In this document: positions 9,274 to 18,995 of the stretch, piece after piece
Layout: each line of letters opens with the position of its first letter
Numbering within the stretch: the stretch's first letter is position 1
Assembly: GCA_039803205.1 (NCBI GenBank)
Contig: JBDRYB010000002.1
Location: 32,001 to 96,000, forward strand
Length of the DNA stretch: 64,000 bases
Source: a candidate division WOR-3 bacterium
Lineage (GTDB): Bacteria > Hydrothermota > Hydrothermia > JBDRYB01
Reading direction: 5' to 3'
Made by a program: the position numbers and the translations under genes
The notes under the pieces: generated by a model
Told to the model about the DNA's origin: nothing
The model's input: only the letters and a program-made list of their open reading frames with translations
Database searches by the model: none

Positions 9274-9370
9274 ATTATCATGCTGGGCCTTTCAGGGTTT
9301 CAACTATTTTTGTTCGTTGCGCCGCGCTCATAGGCTGGACTAAAATTTTGAAGCTCTACGGAGGTTTTTT

Positions 9371-10165
9371 ATGAAAAGGCTAACAGCAAGCGCAGTGCTA
9401 ATGGGACTGGGCCTCCTCCTCTCGTGCGGAGGAGGAGGCGGAGAGGAGGCCGAGAAGAACGGCACCCTCTACGCGGATGTTTGGGATTCTGGTTCTCCCG
9501 ATTCCCTTGACGGAGAGGCTATGCTCTACGCTGATGTGATGGTTGACATCTCGGATCTGACCCTAAAGATAAACGGGGCAGAGCTGGAAAAGGATGTTTG
9601 GGATGACCCGTATCCGAATTTCTTTTTTGGTGGTAGTGTCCCCAAAGCGAACCCATCCAGCCTTTCCTTCACGAGCTCAACCCTCGGGAACGCATCAGCG
9701 AGCGTGAACATTCCGGGTCCTACGAATATAACCAGCCCACAGGACAGCGACACCCTTCCAACAGGCCAGGATGTAGTTATAACCTGGGATGCGGTTTCCT
9801 GCGACTTCTACTGGGTTTATGTGGTTGTTGGTTTCTACGATAGCAACGGAGGCTACCTTGATTGGAAAATCTGGAGCGGATACCCCACAAACGCTACCTA
9901 TACCTTACCAAAGGATTCCCTCTCTTATCCTGGGGCGGCCTACGCCGCAGTTAATTTTGAGTTGTATACTGTGAATGGACCTGTTCCAACCCCAGGAAAC
10001 AAGGGCAACATAACGGGTGATCTCGCCGGATTCTTCTACGGGGTTAACCAGGGTGACTCTGTAGAGTTCTATGTAGGCAACCCAGTGAAGGGACATATCC
10101 CCAGGCTTCACAGAGGCCCTGAGAAAGGAGAGTTCCTCAAGTCCATGAAGGAGCTGATGGAATAG
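9371..10165 (+). CDS. Lipoprotein of unknown function
   Basis: GGAGG SD; MKR plus hydrophobic stretch and lipobox LLSC, then a poly-Gly linker; beta-rich body. Confidence 0.8.
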   Translation: MKRLTASAVLMGLGLLLSCGGGGGEEAEKNGTLYADVWDSGSPDSLDGEAMLYADVMVDISDLTLKINGAELEKDVWDDPYPNFFFGGSVPKANPSSLSFTSSTLGNASASVNIPGPTNITSPQDSDTLPTGQDVVITWDAVSCDFYWVYVVVGFYDSNGGYLDWKIWSGYPTNATYTLPKDSLSYPGAAYAAVNFELYTVNGPVPTPGNKGNITGDLAGFFYGVNQGDSVEFYVGNPVKGHIPRLHRGPEKGEFLKSMKELME

Positions 10166-10248
10166 CCCCAAGCGTGCAGTCAGGACAATAGCCTCGGTCG
10201 CTTTCTTGATCGGACACGCGCGATCGGTTATAATTTATTACTGGCACA

Positions 10249-11238
10249 ATGTGGGTTTTTTATTTATGGATAATTTTATCGTTTTTGCTGGGGCTTTTGG
10301 GAACCTGGGGGTTCCTCTGGTTCTCAAGGAGAACAGGGCTTTTCATGGACAGGCCTGCGAGGCGCAAGCTCCACAACGGCAAAATACCGCGGGGCGCTGG
10401 GGTCGTGTTCTACATCCCATTCCTCATTTGGGCCTTCCTTGACCACAACGGCCACAGGTGGCTTTTGCTCCCCGGAACCATACTGCTTGCCCTCGGTGTG
10501 GTTGATGACCTGTGGGGGATGAAGGCCTGGATGAAACTCGTAGCCCAGACAGCAATTGCAGTAATAACTTGGCTCATAGGGTTCAAGATCACCTCGCTTT
10601 CTCTGGGATTTTTCTCTGTCCCGCTTCCTGAGCCAGCCGGCCTAATCTTCACGGCCTTCTTCCTGGTTGGCATGATGAATGCTTTCAACTTCGTGGATGG
10701 TCTTGATGGGCTTGCCGCCTCTCTCGCAATCGTGGCGTTTGTCTCGTTGGCGTATCTCAGCCAAATAGCCGGATACCAGCTCATTTGGTATGGCGCTTTG
10801 ATGATGTCCGCTGTGGTCGCGGGGTTCCTGTTTCTGAACTCCCCGCCCGCGAAGGTCTTCATGGGCGATATGGGCTCTCATTTCATTGGTTATCTCCTGG
10901 GCCTGATGATAATAAGGGTAATGAACACTGACTCCGGATTCCTGGTCATACCCGCGATACTCATCGCGGTTTTCCCCATAATGGACACTTTTTTCGCTAT
11001 AATCCGCAGGGTGAGGCTCAGAGCCCCGCTGTTCCGCGCTGATAGAGGTCACCTGCACCACAAGCTTGCTGATGCCACAAAAAGCATCCGCTTTGCAGTT
11101 TTTGTCCTCTTGGGTGCCAGCATATCCACCTGCATTCTAGGCATAATAACAGCCATGTGGCCCTGGCTTTCCCTTCCGGTTGGAACCGCGGTTTTCGTTG
11201 CAATAATGAGCTGGGGGATGCTCGCTAGGGCGGTCTGA
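10249..11238 (+). CDS. MraY/WecA-family undecaprenyl-phosphate GlcNAc-1-phosphate transferase
   Basis: RKLH..IPRGAG, GVVDD, NAFNFVDGLDGLA, FMGDMGS, DRGHLHH. Confidence 0.9.
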   Translation: MWVFYLWIILSFLLGLLGTWGFLWFSRRTGLFMDRPARRKLHNGKIPRGAGVVFYIPFLIWAFLDHNGHRWLLLPGTILLALGVVDDLWGMKAWMKLVAQTAIAVITWLIGFKITSLSLGFFSVPLPEPAGLIFTAFFLVGMMNAFNFVDGLDGLAASLAIVAFVSLAYLSQIAGYQLIWYGALMMSAVVAGFLFLNSPPAKVFMGDMGSHFIGYLLGLMIIRVMNTDSGFLVIPAILIAVFPIMDTFFAIIRRVRLRAPLFRADRGHLHHKLADATKSIRFAVFVLLGASISTCILGIITAMWPWLSLPVGTAVFVAIMSWGMLARAV

Positions 11239-11254
11239 GGGGATTCTGGCGTTC

Positions 11255-11941
11255 TCATTTTTTTATTACGCTGAAGCTGGTTATGGTTAGGTTCTCATCA
11301 ACCGCTATCCCCACCAGGGGAGCGATCACCTTCCTGGCCTTAGCGCCCGGCTCAAGCGGGTTTGTCTCCTCAATCTCGTAGCAGTGCCATAGGGTTCCGA
11401 TGCCAGTCTCCTGCCCAAAATCCACCCTGGTTATCCTCGCCCTATCCATGGCAATGCCAGGCGCGTTCTCGTTTTGATACTCATACCCGAGCCTTATGCT
11501 GTCAAAAGATGGGAAAAGGATTCCGCCAGTTGCACCTCCTATCCCCGCCTTCCACGAGCCCTCGTGTGAAACTACTTTGCCCCCTTGATATATATCAACA
11601 TCCTCACCGAAATAGGCGATGGAGCCGTCACGGGTGTCATAGGCCAAATAGTTCCTGCTCACCTCCACGAGATTGCCGTCCACCATCTCTCTTTCTTCCA
11701 CAACCCTGCATCTTACTCCGGCCACCTCAACCACATCCGAGAGGACGGTTATCTGAAGGACGACTCCCTCGCCCGTGAGGACGGCCTGGACCCCCGGAAC
11801 GAGGGCAAAATAGGGATTCACGCCCCAATCCCTGTATGCTTCCTGGGCACAAACCCTCGGAGAATACCGCTGGGATGGTGGCCTCGGGCATCCCAGGAGC
11901 AAGATAACACCAAACAAAAGAGATTTAGAAAGATCTTTCAT
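11255..11941 (-). CDS. Lipoprotein of unknown function
   Basis: Lipobox LLGC; NPYFALVPG...YFGEDVDIY..GSWKAG. Confidence 0.75.
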   Translation of the reverse strand: MKDLSKSLLFGVILLLGCPRPPSQRYSPRVCAQEAYRDWGVNPYFALVPGVQAVLTGEGVVLQITVLSDVVEVAGVRCRVVEEREMVDGNLVEVSRNYLAYDTRDGSIAYFGEDVDIYQGGKVVSHEGSWKAGIGGATGGILFPSFDSIRLGYEYQNENAPGIAMDRARITRVDFGQETGIGTLWHCYEIEETNPLEPGAKARKVIAPLVGIAVDENLTITSFSVIKK

Positions 11942-12077
11942 ATGCTCCAGAATTATAACCCGCCATGTGGGTGGATTTCACCTGCAGAATGCTTCGCCAT
12001 TTGCTTTGATCCCCCGCGCATCTTTGCCCCATAATATTGAGGTTGAGCTGGTTGAAGGGTCTCAGAAACACTCAGCG

Positions 12078-12105
12078 GGAACAATTTCCTGGGGGAGGGG
12101 TCTAA
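12078..12105 (+). promoter_or_regulatory. Candidate ECF-sigma promoter (GAACAA-N16-TCTAA)
   Basis: GAACAA 12079-12084, 16-nt spacer, TCTAA 12101-12105, directly upstream of the ECF sigma gene. Confidence 0.4.
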
Positions 12106-12106
12106 T

Positions 12107-12622
12107 TTGACGGATCTGGAGCGTGAGCGCCTGTTTGAGGAACTTGTGGAGGAATATATGGAAAGGATATATAACCTCTGCTACTACATGACCGGGGACG
12201 CTGAGGCGGCCCGGGAGCTCACCCAGGAGTCGTTTCTCAGGGCATACAAGGCCCTCGGCGGCTTCCGCGGGGAGAGCTCGGTCTACACCTGGCTCTACAA
12301 GATAGCCCTCAACAGATGCAGGACATACCTGAAAAAGAGAGGAAGGGAGAAGAACGTTTCCCTTGATGAATTGCACGATGCGGGCTGGGACCCAGCCGAG
12401 GACCCCCCGGACAACCTAATGGATATTATGGCTGTTAGAAGGGCACTCACAATGTTGCCCCCCGAGCACAGGGAAATACTCCTTCTTTTTTACTTTGATG
12501 AGATGAAATACGAGGAGATAGCTGAAGCATTGGACATACCTATGGGAACAGTGAAGTCCAGGCTTTCCAGAGCAAAAGCCGCTCTGAAGGAGGCGCTTGG
12601 ATATGGCGCAGAGGATGAGTGA
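12107..12622 (+). CDS. ECF-type RNA polymerase sigma factor
   Basis: Region 2 ELTQESFLRAYKAL..FRGESSVYTWLYKIALN; region 4 YEEIAEALDIPMGTVKSRLSRA; start uncertain (TTG). Confidence 0.93.
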   Translation: MTDLERERLFEELVEEYMERIYNLCYYMTGDAEAARELTQESFLRAYKALGGFRGESSVYTWLYKIALNRCRTYLKKRGREKNVSLDELHDAGWDPAEDPPDNLMDIMAVRRALTMLPPEHREILLLFYFDEMKYEEIAEALDIPMGTVKSRLSRAKAALKEALGYGAEDE

Positions 12623-13082
12623 TGAGCGGATTGAAAGGGCGCTGAGGGGTATGCCCAGACTCAGTGCCCCTCCTGGCCTTAAGCGCGAGATATACGCGAG
12701 GGCGAGGTCTCTGAGCTCCAGAAGGAAATGGCTCTGGGCTCTGAGCCCCCTGCCCGTTGCCGCGGCCATCGGCGTTCTCGTTGCCGTGCTACTGAACATC
12801 GGAAGGCTTAAGCCCACGCCAACCCGCCTCCCCCAGGAGCCTCTCGTGGTCGCGCCCGCGGACGGAGAGGTTCTCTTCCCGGACGAGGTTGAGTTCATGA
12901 CCTATGGTGGTGAAGGAAGGGTTGAGCTGGATGGGATCCCCATCACGGGCACTCAGCATACCTCCGAACCAGGCGCTTTCATTTACATCCCGCAGGACCT
13001 TGAGCCAGGCTACCACAAAGTTGTCATAGAGATAGACGGAAAGAGGGTTGAGGCCTCTTTTTATGTGGAGGAATCGGAATGA
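12615..13082 (+). CDS. Putative anti-sigma factor
   Basis: Overlaps the sigma stop; L..AP..L...I N-terminus, one TM helix, small beta-rich external domain. Confidence 0.65.
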   Translation: MSDERIERALRGMPRLSAPPGLKREIYARARSLSSRRKWLWALSPLPVAAAIGVLVAVLLNIGRLKPTPTRLPQEPLVVAPADGEVLFPDEVEFMTYGGEGRVELDGIPITGTQHTSEPGAFIYIPQDLEPGYHKVVIEIDGKRVEASFYVEESE

Positions 13083-14239
13083 TAGAGGCCCTTCTTGGAT
13101 TCATATTGGTTCAGACAAACCCAACCGAGTTGGAGCTGGAATCTGGCCAGAGCGAGCAGATTGAGGTGGTTGCCGCAACAATGACGGGCAGGATTGAGGG
13201 TTTTGAGCTCATCACGAGGGTGATACCCGAGGAAAGGGGCTATTTCTCTGGGGGGATTTTCGTGGCTGGTGAGCCTGGGCTCGGTATAATCATATTTGAG
13301 GTTAGATACAAGGATCAGGTTGGCATAAAGGCTGTTCCGGTGAGGGTAAAGGATGTTCAGGAGGGGCTTTCTCCAAAAGAGGCAGTGCTTTCAGTCGGGG
13401 ATACCTTGATATTCTCTGTTAAGCAGGGAACCCCGGAGGTCTGGCGAGTGATGCCGCCGTGGCTTGGAACCATAGAGGACGGGGTGTTCGTGGCGGAGAA
13501 TCCCGGCAGGGGGGTAGTAACCCTGAAGACTGATGCTGGCTTTCATAAAGCGAAGATAGTGATAGAGGGACCAGAATCTGAAGCTGGTGTCCTTCAGCCC
13601 TCTGAGGTCGTGCTCTTTCCTGGGGAAGGGGTCAGCTTTGCCGTTTCATCATCCGCCGTGCTTTCGGTTGATCCTCCTGATCTCGGAAAGGCTGAGAAGG
13701 GAAGGTTCATAGCCAGGAGGCCTGGCAACGGCCTCATATGGGCAACATGGGAAGAGGGCGGAAAACGCAAGACAGCTAAGTCCTTTGTGAGGGTCCTGCC
13801 CGCCATCTTCCTCAAGCCCGGCGAGAGCATGGAACTGCCCCTACCAGGAAAGGCCAAGAGGGCAACGGTTGAGGTATCCGGCAAGGGCCTCACGGCAGAG
13901 GTCGCCTCAGGAACACTTATCCTTTCCGCTACGGAAAAGGGCTACGGAACCATAACCCTACGCAGAGGAGAGGGCAAAAACAGAAGGGTGATGCCCTACA
14001 TAGTTGCCGAGAAGCTCGTGAGCATAGGGCCGAGAGAGGTCTCCCTCTCGGTGGGCATGGACTTCAAGCCTCAGGCGCCCGAGAAGGGTTTCACCTTCAC
14101 GGTAGTTCCCCCTGAGGCAGGCTGGATGGAGGGCGATGTTTTTAGGGCAGGGGACTGGAGAGGTGAGGCCTGGCTCATTGGGGTGAAGGCCAACTGCGAG
14201 TCAGGCGGATTCGTTCACCTTATAATAGCGCCTAAGTAA
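13079..14239 (+). CDS. Exported protein with about five Ig-like repeats
   Basis: Repeated G.F.A..PG.G.I motif at about 70-aa spacing; hydrophobic N-terminus; ATGA overlap. Confidence 0.6.
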   Translation: MIEALLGFILVQTNPTELELESGQSEQIEVVAATMTGRIEGFELITRVIPEERGYFSGGIFVAGEPGLGIIIFEVRYKDQVGIKAVPVRVKDVQEGLSPKEAVLSVGDTLIFSVKQGTPEVWRVMPPWLGTIEDGVFVAENPGRGVVTLKTDAGFHKAKIVIEGPESEAGVLQPSEVVLFPGEGVSFAVSSSAVLSVDPPDLGKAEKGRFIARRPGNGLIWATWEEGGKRKTAKSFVRVLPAIFLKPGESMELPLPGKAKRATVEVSGKGLTAEVASGTLILSATEKGYGTITLRRGEGKNRRVMPYIVAEKLVSIGPREVSLSVGMDFKPQAPEKGFTFTVVPPEAGWMEGDVFRAGDWRGEAWLIGVKANCESGGFVHLIIAPK

Positions 14240-15787
14240 TCACAGCTCAACTACCTCCCCCGGTTCCCTCACGGAGCAACACTTCACATTTTCCTTGAAA
14301 AATCCCCAGTTTTCCGTGTGAATTGGGATCACCTCTTTTGGAGAAATGGCCTCTATTATCCTGATGAGCTCATCGCCGGATGCGTGGCCCGACGCGTGCA
14401 GGGGGTCCCTTGGATCCGCTTCCGGATCCCCGATCATGGTTATGCCAAAGAATTCAAGCCACCTTCTGAGCCTTTCCAGGTCCCACTCCTGCTCCTCTGA
14501 GTGGGGCTCTGATGTGGAGTATATGTGGATGCCTCCAGCAAAACCCGGTATGTCCAAAAGTCTATTTATGACCCAATAACGAAACGAGAGCAGGTAATCC
14601 CCTATGTTTCTGGTTATCTCCTGAGGGGTCACCATCTTCTCAGGGAATCTTTTAAACAGGCTCTTTTCCCAGCCTTTGGGGTTGGATTTTTCGTCCTGAT
14701 ATATGAGCACATCTTCAAGGGCCTCATTTAGCTCAGGATCGGATACGGCTATGGCTGAGGCCGTATAGTAATCCTGAGGCATGAGGACGAGCCTCCTACC
14801 CGTTTCCACGGCCGCGCGAGCGAATGTGATGAGCCTCTGAGGGTGACGGAGGGGAAACTCCGCGTTGACCCCCTTGCCGTTCGCTGCTCTCACCACCTCA
14901 AAGGCCCTATTGAATACATCTTCTTCGCTCATGGTTCCTGATTCCCCTACCCTCGTCCCCTCTATTAGAAGGGCCCTTATCGGGGAAAGCTTGGCCGCTT
15001 CCTCAACAAAACGCTCTGTCTTTCCGCCAGCGTATCCGTGAAATCTGATGTCTCCGGTGTAGACTATCCACCCTGCGGATGTCTCTATCCCAAAAGCCAC
15101 GGCCCCCGGCGCTGAGTGATCCACAGGCCATGATCTTATCCGGAACGGCCCAGCCCTGAAATCCGTTCCGACGGGCTCAGCATCGGTAGGCTCGGGTTTC
15201 GCATCTGAGAGGCAGAGATCGCGCCAGAATCCCATGAACTCATCAGAAACCTCGTCAGCAAAAACCCTCCACGGCCTCCATATAGCGAGTTTCTCTCCCT
15301 CCCCCTTATTTTTCGGTATCTTCACGACCCATTCCCTGCGGCACCTCGGCCTCGTGTAGGCTATCTCCTTCTCCATCTTGTCCGATTGGACATCCTGCGA
15401 TGCCTTCGTTGTTAGCGCGCATCCCGGAGACCCGTAAAACGGGATATCATCTCTCAGGAAGCTAGCGAGGCCAGTGTGATCAAAGTGGGGATGGGAGAAA
15501 AGGGCGGCCTCTATTTTGATGCCCAAATCCGGCATATCCTTTAGTCCAGGGTGATCTATAAATAAGTCATCCCTGTAAAGGTCTCGGTAGGGTGGAAGGA
15601 GGCCGGTCAGTATGTAATCCAATAGCCCCCTAGGGGCTCTTGGCTTCAGGAACTCCTCAAAGAAAAGCCCGAACCTCGCGTAGTTCAGGCCGAAATCAAG
15701 GATGACTCCCCTGCGGTCCTCCTCAAGGACCATCTTTGTCCCGCCTATTGTTCTCGCACCATCAAGGATGTGAAGTCTCGTTGCCAT
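14240..15787 (-). CDS. MBL/beta-CASP-type (RNase J-like) metallo-hydrolase
   Basis: IGGTK, LDFG, SHPHFDH, VDHS, YTGD, HASGH, PIHT. Confidence 0.8.
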   Translation of the reverse strand: MATRLHILDGARTIGGTKMVLEEDRRGVILDFGLNYARFGLFFEEFLKPRAPRGLLDYILTGLLPPYRDLYRDDLFIDHPGLKDMPDLGIKIEAALFSHPHFDHTGLASFLRDDIPFYGSPGCALTTKASQDVQSDKMEKEIAYTRPRCRREWVVKIPKNKGEGEKLAIWRPWRVFADEVSDEFMGFWRDLCLSDAKPEPTDAEPVGTDFRAGPFRIRSWPVDHSAPGAVAFGIETSAGWIVYTGDIRFHGYAGGKTERFVEEAAKLSPIRALLIEGTRVGESGTMSEEDVFNRAFEVVRAANGKGVNAEFPLRHPQRLITFARAAVETGRRLVLMPQDYYTASAIAVSDPELNEALEDVLIYQDEKSNPKGWEKSLFKRFPEKMVTPQEITRNIGDYLLSFRYWVINRLLDIPGFAGGIHIYSTSEPHSEEQEWDLERLRRWLEFFGITMIGDPEADPRDPLHASGHASGDELIRIIEAISPKEVIPIHTENWGFFKENVKCCSVREPGEVVEL

Positions 15788-15869
15788 GGCGAGATTATAA
15801 TGCCCAGGGACAAAAATTAGCAAAATGAGATGTGGCTCTGGCCCATATCAGAGCTTCAAAATATGAGAA

Positions 15870-16937
15870 GTGGCGAGGAGGCAAAGGAAGAAACTGGAAG
15901 GCATATTGGGATGGATAACCTTGTTTGTTCTCCTCGCGGTTATCGCCTCGTTCCTCTCGCCCTTGGGGAAGCGGGTCTATTACCAGCTCGGCCGAGAAAA
16001 AAGGGTCTCAGGACCATTCTGGGAGATATACTTCACGAGCCAGACGAAACCCGAGCTCAGGCTCGTAGAGCTTATACACGGCGCGAAAAGGGAGGCTCAC
16101 TTGGCGTATTACGAGATGGACAACCCGGATGTGATAACCGCTCTCCTGTCTAGAAATAAGGAAATAGAGATAAAGGTTATCACGGAGACCAATAACTCAG
16201 ACAGCTGGGGCGTGTCCAGGCTCAGGGATGCTGGGGTTCCGGTCAAAACCGATGACAGGAACCCGCTGATGCACAATAAGTTCGCCGTGATAGACGACTC
16301 CGTGGTCTGGACGGGGAGTTACAACCTAACGGAGCGAGGGGCAAAGCTGAACTACGACAATGTCATAATCCTTTTCTCGCCCGCTCTGGCAAGGAATTAC
16401 GAGGCAGAGTTCTCGGAGATGTGGGATGGGAGGTTTGGGGCCGGTTCCCCGAGAAACACGGATTGCTGTTTCAGGATCGATTCGGTTGAGATAGAGAACT
16501 ACTTTGCGCCGGAGGACGGGGTAAGGGGCCACTTGATCTCCGAGATAAGCCTAGCGAGAAGAGAGATAAGGTTCATGGTCTATTCTTTCACGGACAAGGC
16601 AATGGCAGAGGCGCTGATAAAAAAGCAGGGAGAGGGTGTAGCAGTTGAGGGCATACTCAACCGGGATCAGATAAAGGATGAGAACTCCGTTTGGACCAAG
16701 CTGAGCGAGGCCGGGGTCCCGGTTTATTTTCCGAAGGAGAGAACCCTTCACCACAAGGTCATGATAATAGATTCCTCTGTGGTGATAACGGGGAGCTTCA
16801 ATTTCACCAAGTCCGCCAACACGAAAAACGACGAGAACATCCTGATAATCCGATCGCCTGATATAGCCAGGGCATACCTTGAGGAATACGAAAGGGTGAA
16901 GGAGAAATCTGGCCCTGCTGAGATAGCGGGGAGGTAA
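15870..16937 (+). CDS. Membrane-anchored phospholipase D-family protein (two HKD motifs)
   Basis: MHNKFAVIDD..VWTGSYN and LHHKVMIID..VITGSFN..NDEN; N-terminal TM. Confidence 0.9.
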   Translation: MARRQRKKLEGILGWITLFVLLAVIASFLSPLGKRVYYQLGREKRVSGPFWEIYFTSQTKPELRLVELIHGAKREAHLAYYEMDNPDVITALLSRNKEIEIKVITETNNSDSWGVSRLRDAGVPVKTDDRNPLMHNKFAVIDDSVVWTGSYNLTERGAKLNYDNVIILFSPALARNYEAEFSEMWDGRFGAGSPRNTDCCFRIDSVEIENYFAPEDGVRGHLISEISLARREIRFMVYSFTDKAMAEALIKKQGEGVAVEGILNRDQIKDENSVWTKLSEAGVPVYFPKERTLHHKVMIIDSSVVITGSFNFTKSANTKNDENILIIRSPDIARAYLEEYERVKEKSGPAEIAGR

Positions 16938-16950
16938 GTGGGTTTATCTA

Positions 16951-17643
16951 TTATGCCTTCCTTATGCTGACCTTTCCTGCCCTGCCCCGGACAGTTGCCT
17001 GAGGCGCGGACGGGTCTTCTATGCCTTCATCAACGAAAACCCCGCAGGCGCTGACCTCCTCCTTGATGATGTGCATTTTCCTCTCCTTGGGCACGAGGAG
17101 CTCTATCTTTCCCGCGCTCACATCAAGGCTCAGGACACCGGGCTCGGCCGAAAGTGCCACCTCAACCTTTCCAGCGCTACAGGACACAGTTCCCTCGCGA
17201 AGCCCTCTGAGCTCTGCCTTGCCAGCAGAACAGGTTATATCGGTTATTGGTGGGACCTCACCCTCAGCCTTTCCCGCGGACAGCTCAAGCCGAAGGCTCC
17301 TCTCAGCAGGTATGCGTATCTTTGCCCTTGCCATGTTGAGCCTAAGCCCATCGCTCGTCTCCTCAACGGAACCCAGCTCATCTAGCCACGCCTCCACTTT
17401 TACCCTGTCCTCTTCCCAGAGGGAAAGCTCTGCCTTTGAGGCAGAGATAGCCAGAGCAAAACCATCCCTTCCTGGAAGCTCCCTTTCCACGAAACCGGCC
17501 TCAGCTTTTCTGCCCACGAATATCCCCACCCTGTGTTCATGGGCTTTCAGGGATTCTAGCGCTGAGAGCAATCTCTCCGCTTCGTCCGCTGTTATTTTGC
17601 CCTCCTCAACCATCCTGAGGATCCTCAAGACCTCCTCTTTCAT
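16951..17643 (-). CDS. SHOCT-like domain plus DUF4097-like beta-helix protein
   Basis: EEVLRILRMVEEGKITADEAERLL; repeated SAGK(A/V/I)E units. Confidence 0.7.
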   Translation of the reverse strand: MKEEVLRILRMVEEGKITADEAERLLSALESLKAHEHRVGIFVGRKAEAGFVERELPGRDGFALAISASKAELSLWEEDRVKVEAWLDELGSVEETSDGLRLNMARAKIRIPAERSLRLELSAGKAEGEVPPITDITCSAGKAELRGLREGTVSCSAGKVEVALSAEPGVLSLDVSAGKIELLVPKERKMHIIKEEVSACGVFVDEGIEDPSAPQATVRGRAGKVSIRKA

Positions 17644-17644
17644 C

Positions 17645-17938
17645 TCATCCTCCCCTGAGCCTGCGTTCAGCCTCCTCAGCTGTTATCCTTCCTTCTTCAA
17701 GATCTCTGAGGATCTCCGCCCTGTTCACCCCTCTTTCGGCCGGCCTTCTCCTCGAGCGCCTTCGGATTATTCTGATTATCTCACCCATGAGGCTGAGTGC
17801 GCCCAGGGCTATCAGTATCCAAGGCCAGTCGCGTGCCCAATTCCAGCTCAGGACCCCGAGATTCGCGAGCCATATCAAGGCCCCGACAGCGATCAGCGTG
17901 ATGGCAAACCATATCCCTACCATACTAAACCTCCTCAT
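17645..17938 (-). CDS. LiaI/LiaF-like (DUF5668) membrane protein with C-terminal SHOCT-like motif
   Basis: LIAVGALIWLANLG...WPWILIALG; ILRDLEEGRITAEEAERRL. Confidence 0.7.
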   Translation of the reverse strand: MRRFSMVGIWFAITLIAVGALIWLANLGVLSWNWARDWPWILIALGALSLMGEIIRIIRRRSRRRPAERGVNRAEILRDLEEGRITAEEAERRLRGG

Positions 17939-18297
17939 TCAACCCTTATTATGACCAGTTCGCCCTCATCTCCCTCAACCCTGAGAACCTCTCCCTCTGT
18001 TTCCTCGTTTATGGACGAGAGGATTTCTTCAAGGTTGAGCTCCATCCCGTTTATCGTCGCCTTGGCATCAGATGGGATGAAACGGCTCGCGGCCTTGAGA
18101 AGGCCCGCTGGAATCTTTATGTGGGCCCTCGTTTCATCATCCGGATCCTCCACATGGATGACCAGGTATTTGGCCCTTTTGCCGGGGCGCGGGGACTCCC
18201 CTGTATCCCCCAAGGCATCAAGGAGCCGGGCGGCCTCCTCCGCGTTTATCTTTCCCGCCTCCAGCATGTCCAGTATCCTTTTTCTTTCTTCCCTCAT
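17935..18297 (-). CDS. SHOCT-like domain protein
   Basis: GGAGG SD; MREERKRILDMLEAGKINAEEAARLL...KYLVIHV...IKIP. Confidence 0.8.
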   Translation of the reverse strand: MREERKRILDMLEAGKINAEEAARLLDALGDTGESPRPGKRAKYLVIHVEDPDDETRAHIKIPAGLLKAASRFIPSDAKATINGMELNLEEILSSINEETEGEVLRVEGDEGELVIIRVE

Positions 18298-18322
18298 ATC
18301 AGCCTCCGTGGCTAGTCCGAAT

Positions 18323-18351
18323 ATTATAACCGAAACCTCATGGATTGTCAA
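18323..18351 (-). promoter_or_regulatory. Consensus sigma70 promoter of the SHOCT operon
   Basis: TTGACA (18351-18346), 17 nt, TATAAT (18328-18323), with an AT-rich tract upstream. Confidence 0.75.
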
Positions 18352-18461
18352 GCTTTATTTTCAGAATTATAAAATATAAATTGGGATACCTGGAAACAAC
18401 TTGTATCAAGGCTTCTTTGTCAAACCGAGATTCCCGTGGTTCCGGTGGGGATCAGCCTTGC

Positions 18462-18995
18462 CTATGTCTCCACCAAAACTATCTCGTCCCTGCCATCGGT
18501 TTCCTTGAACCTGACCTCAACTGCCTCGTGCCCGAGGGTTTTGACCTGGAAGCCCGTGTAGTCCGGGCATATCGGCAGTTCCCGCCAACCCCTGTCAACA
18601 AGAACGCAGAGCCTCAGGGCTGAGAATCGCCCGTAGTCCAAGAGCTCATCAATGGCGGCCCGGACGGTTCTCCCCGTGTAAAGCACATCATCGCAGAGGA
18701 TAACGGTCTTGCCCTCTATTTGAAAGGGTATGTGCGAGCCCTTGACCATAGGGGCTTCGGCTATACGGCTGAGATCATCTCGGTAGAATGTTATGTCCAG
18801 AGAACCGACCCTGAGGGAATTGCCGGTTTTCTGCTCAAGTATGGCGGCTATGCGCTCCGCGAGAGGAACCCCTCTGGCCTTTATCCCGATGAGGACCGCG
18901 TTGGCCAGGTCCTCGCGCTCAGCTATCTCGGACGCCAGGCGCTCTATTGTCCTCTGCATTCCTGCCTCATCCGTTATCATCCTGGAGACCGTCAT
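18462..18995 (-). CDS. pyrR: Bifunctional pyrimidine regulatory protein / uracil phosphoribosyltransferase
   Basis: LIGIKARG..LA.RI, LDITFYRDDL, DDVLYTGRTVRAA, VLVDRG.RELPI. Confidence 0.93.
   Translation of the reverse strand: MTVSRMITDEAGMQRTIERLASEIAEREDLANAVLIGIKARGVPLAERIAAILEQKTGNSLRVGSLDITFYRDDLSRIAEAPMVKGSHIPFQIEGKTVILCDDVLYTGRTVRAAIDELLDYGRFSALRLCVLVDRGWRELPICPDYTGFQVKTLGHEAVEVRFKETDGRDEIVLVET

Noticed and set aside
17021..18379. 452-aa plus-strand ORF
   Set aside because: Ser/Pro-rich antisense shadow of the three SHOCT genes, which have recognisable motifs, SDs and a promoter.
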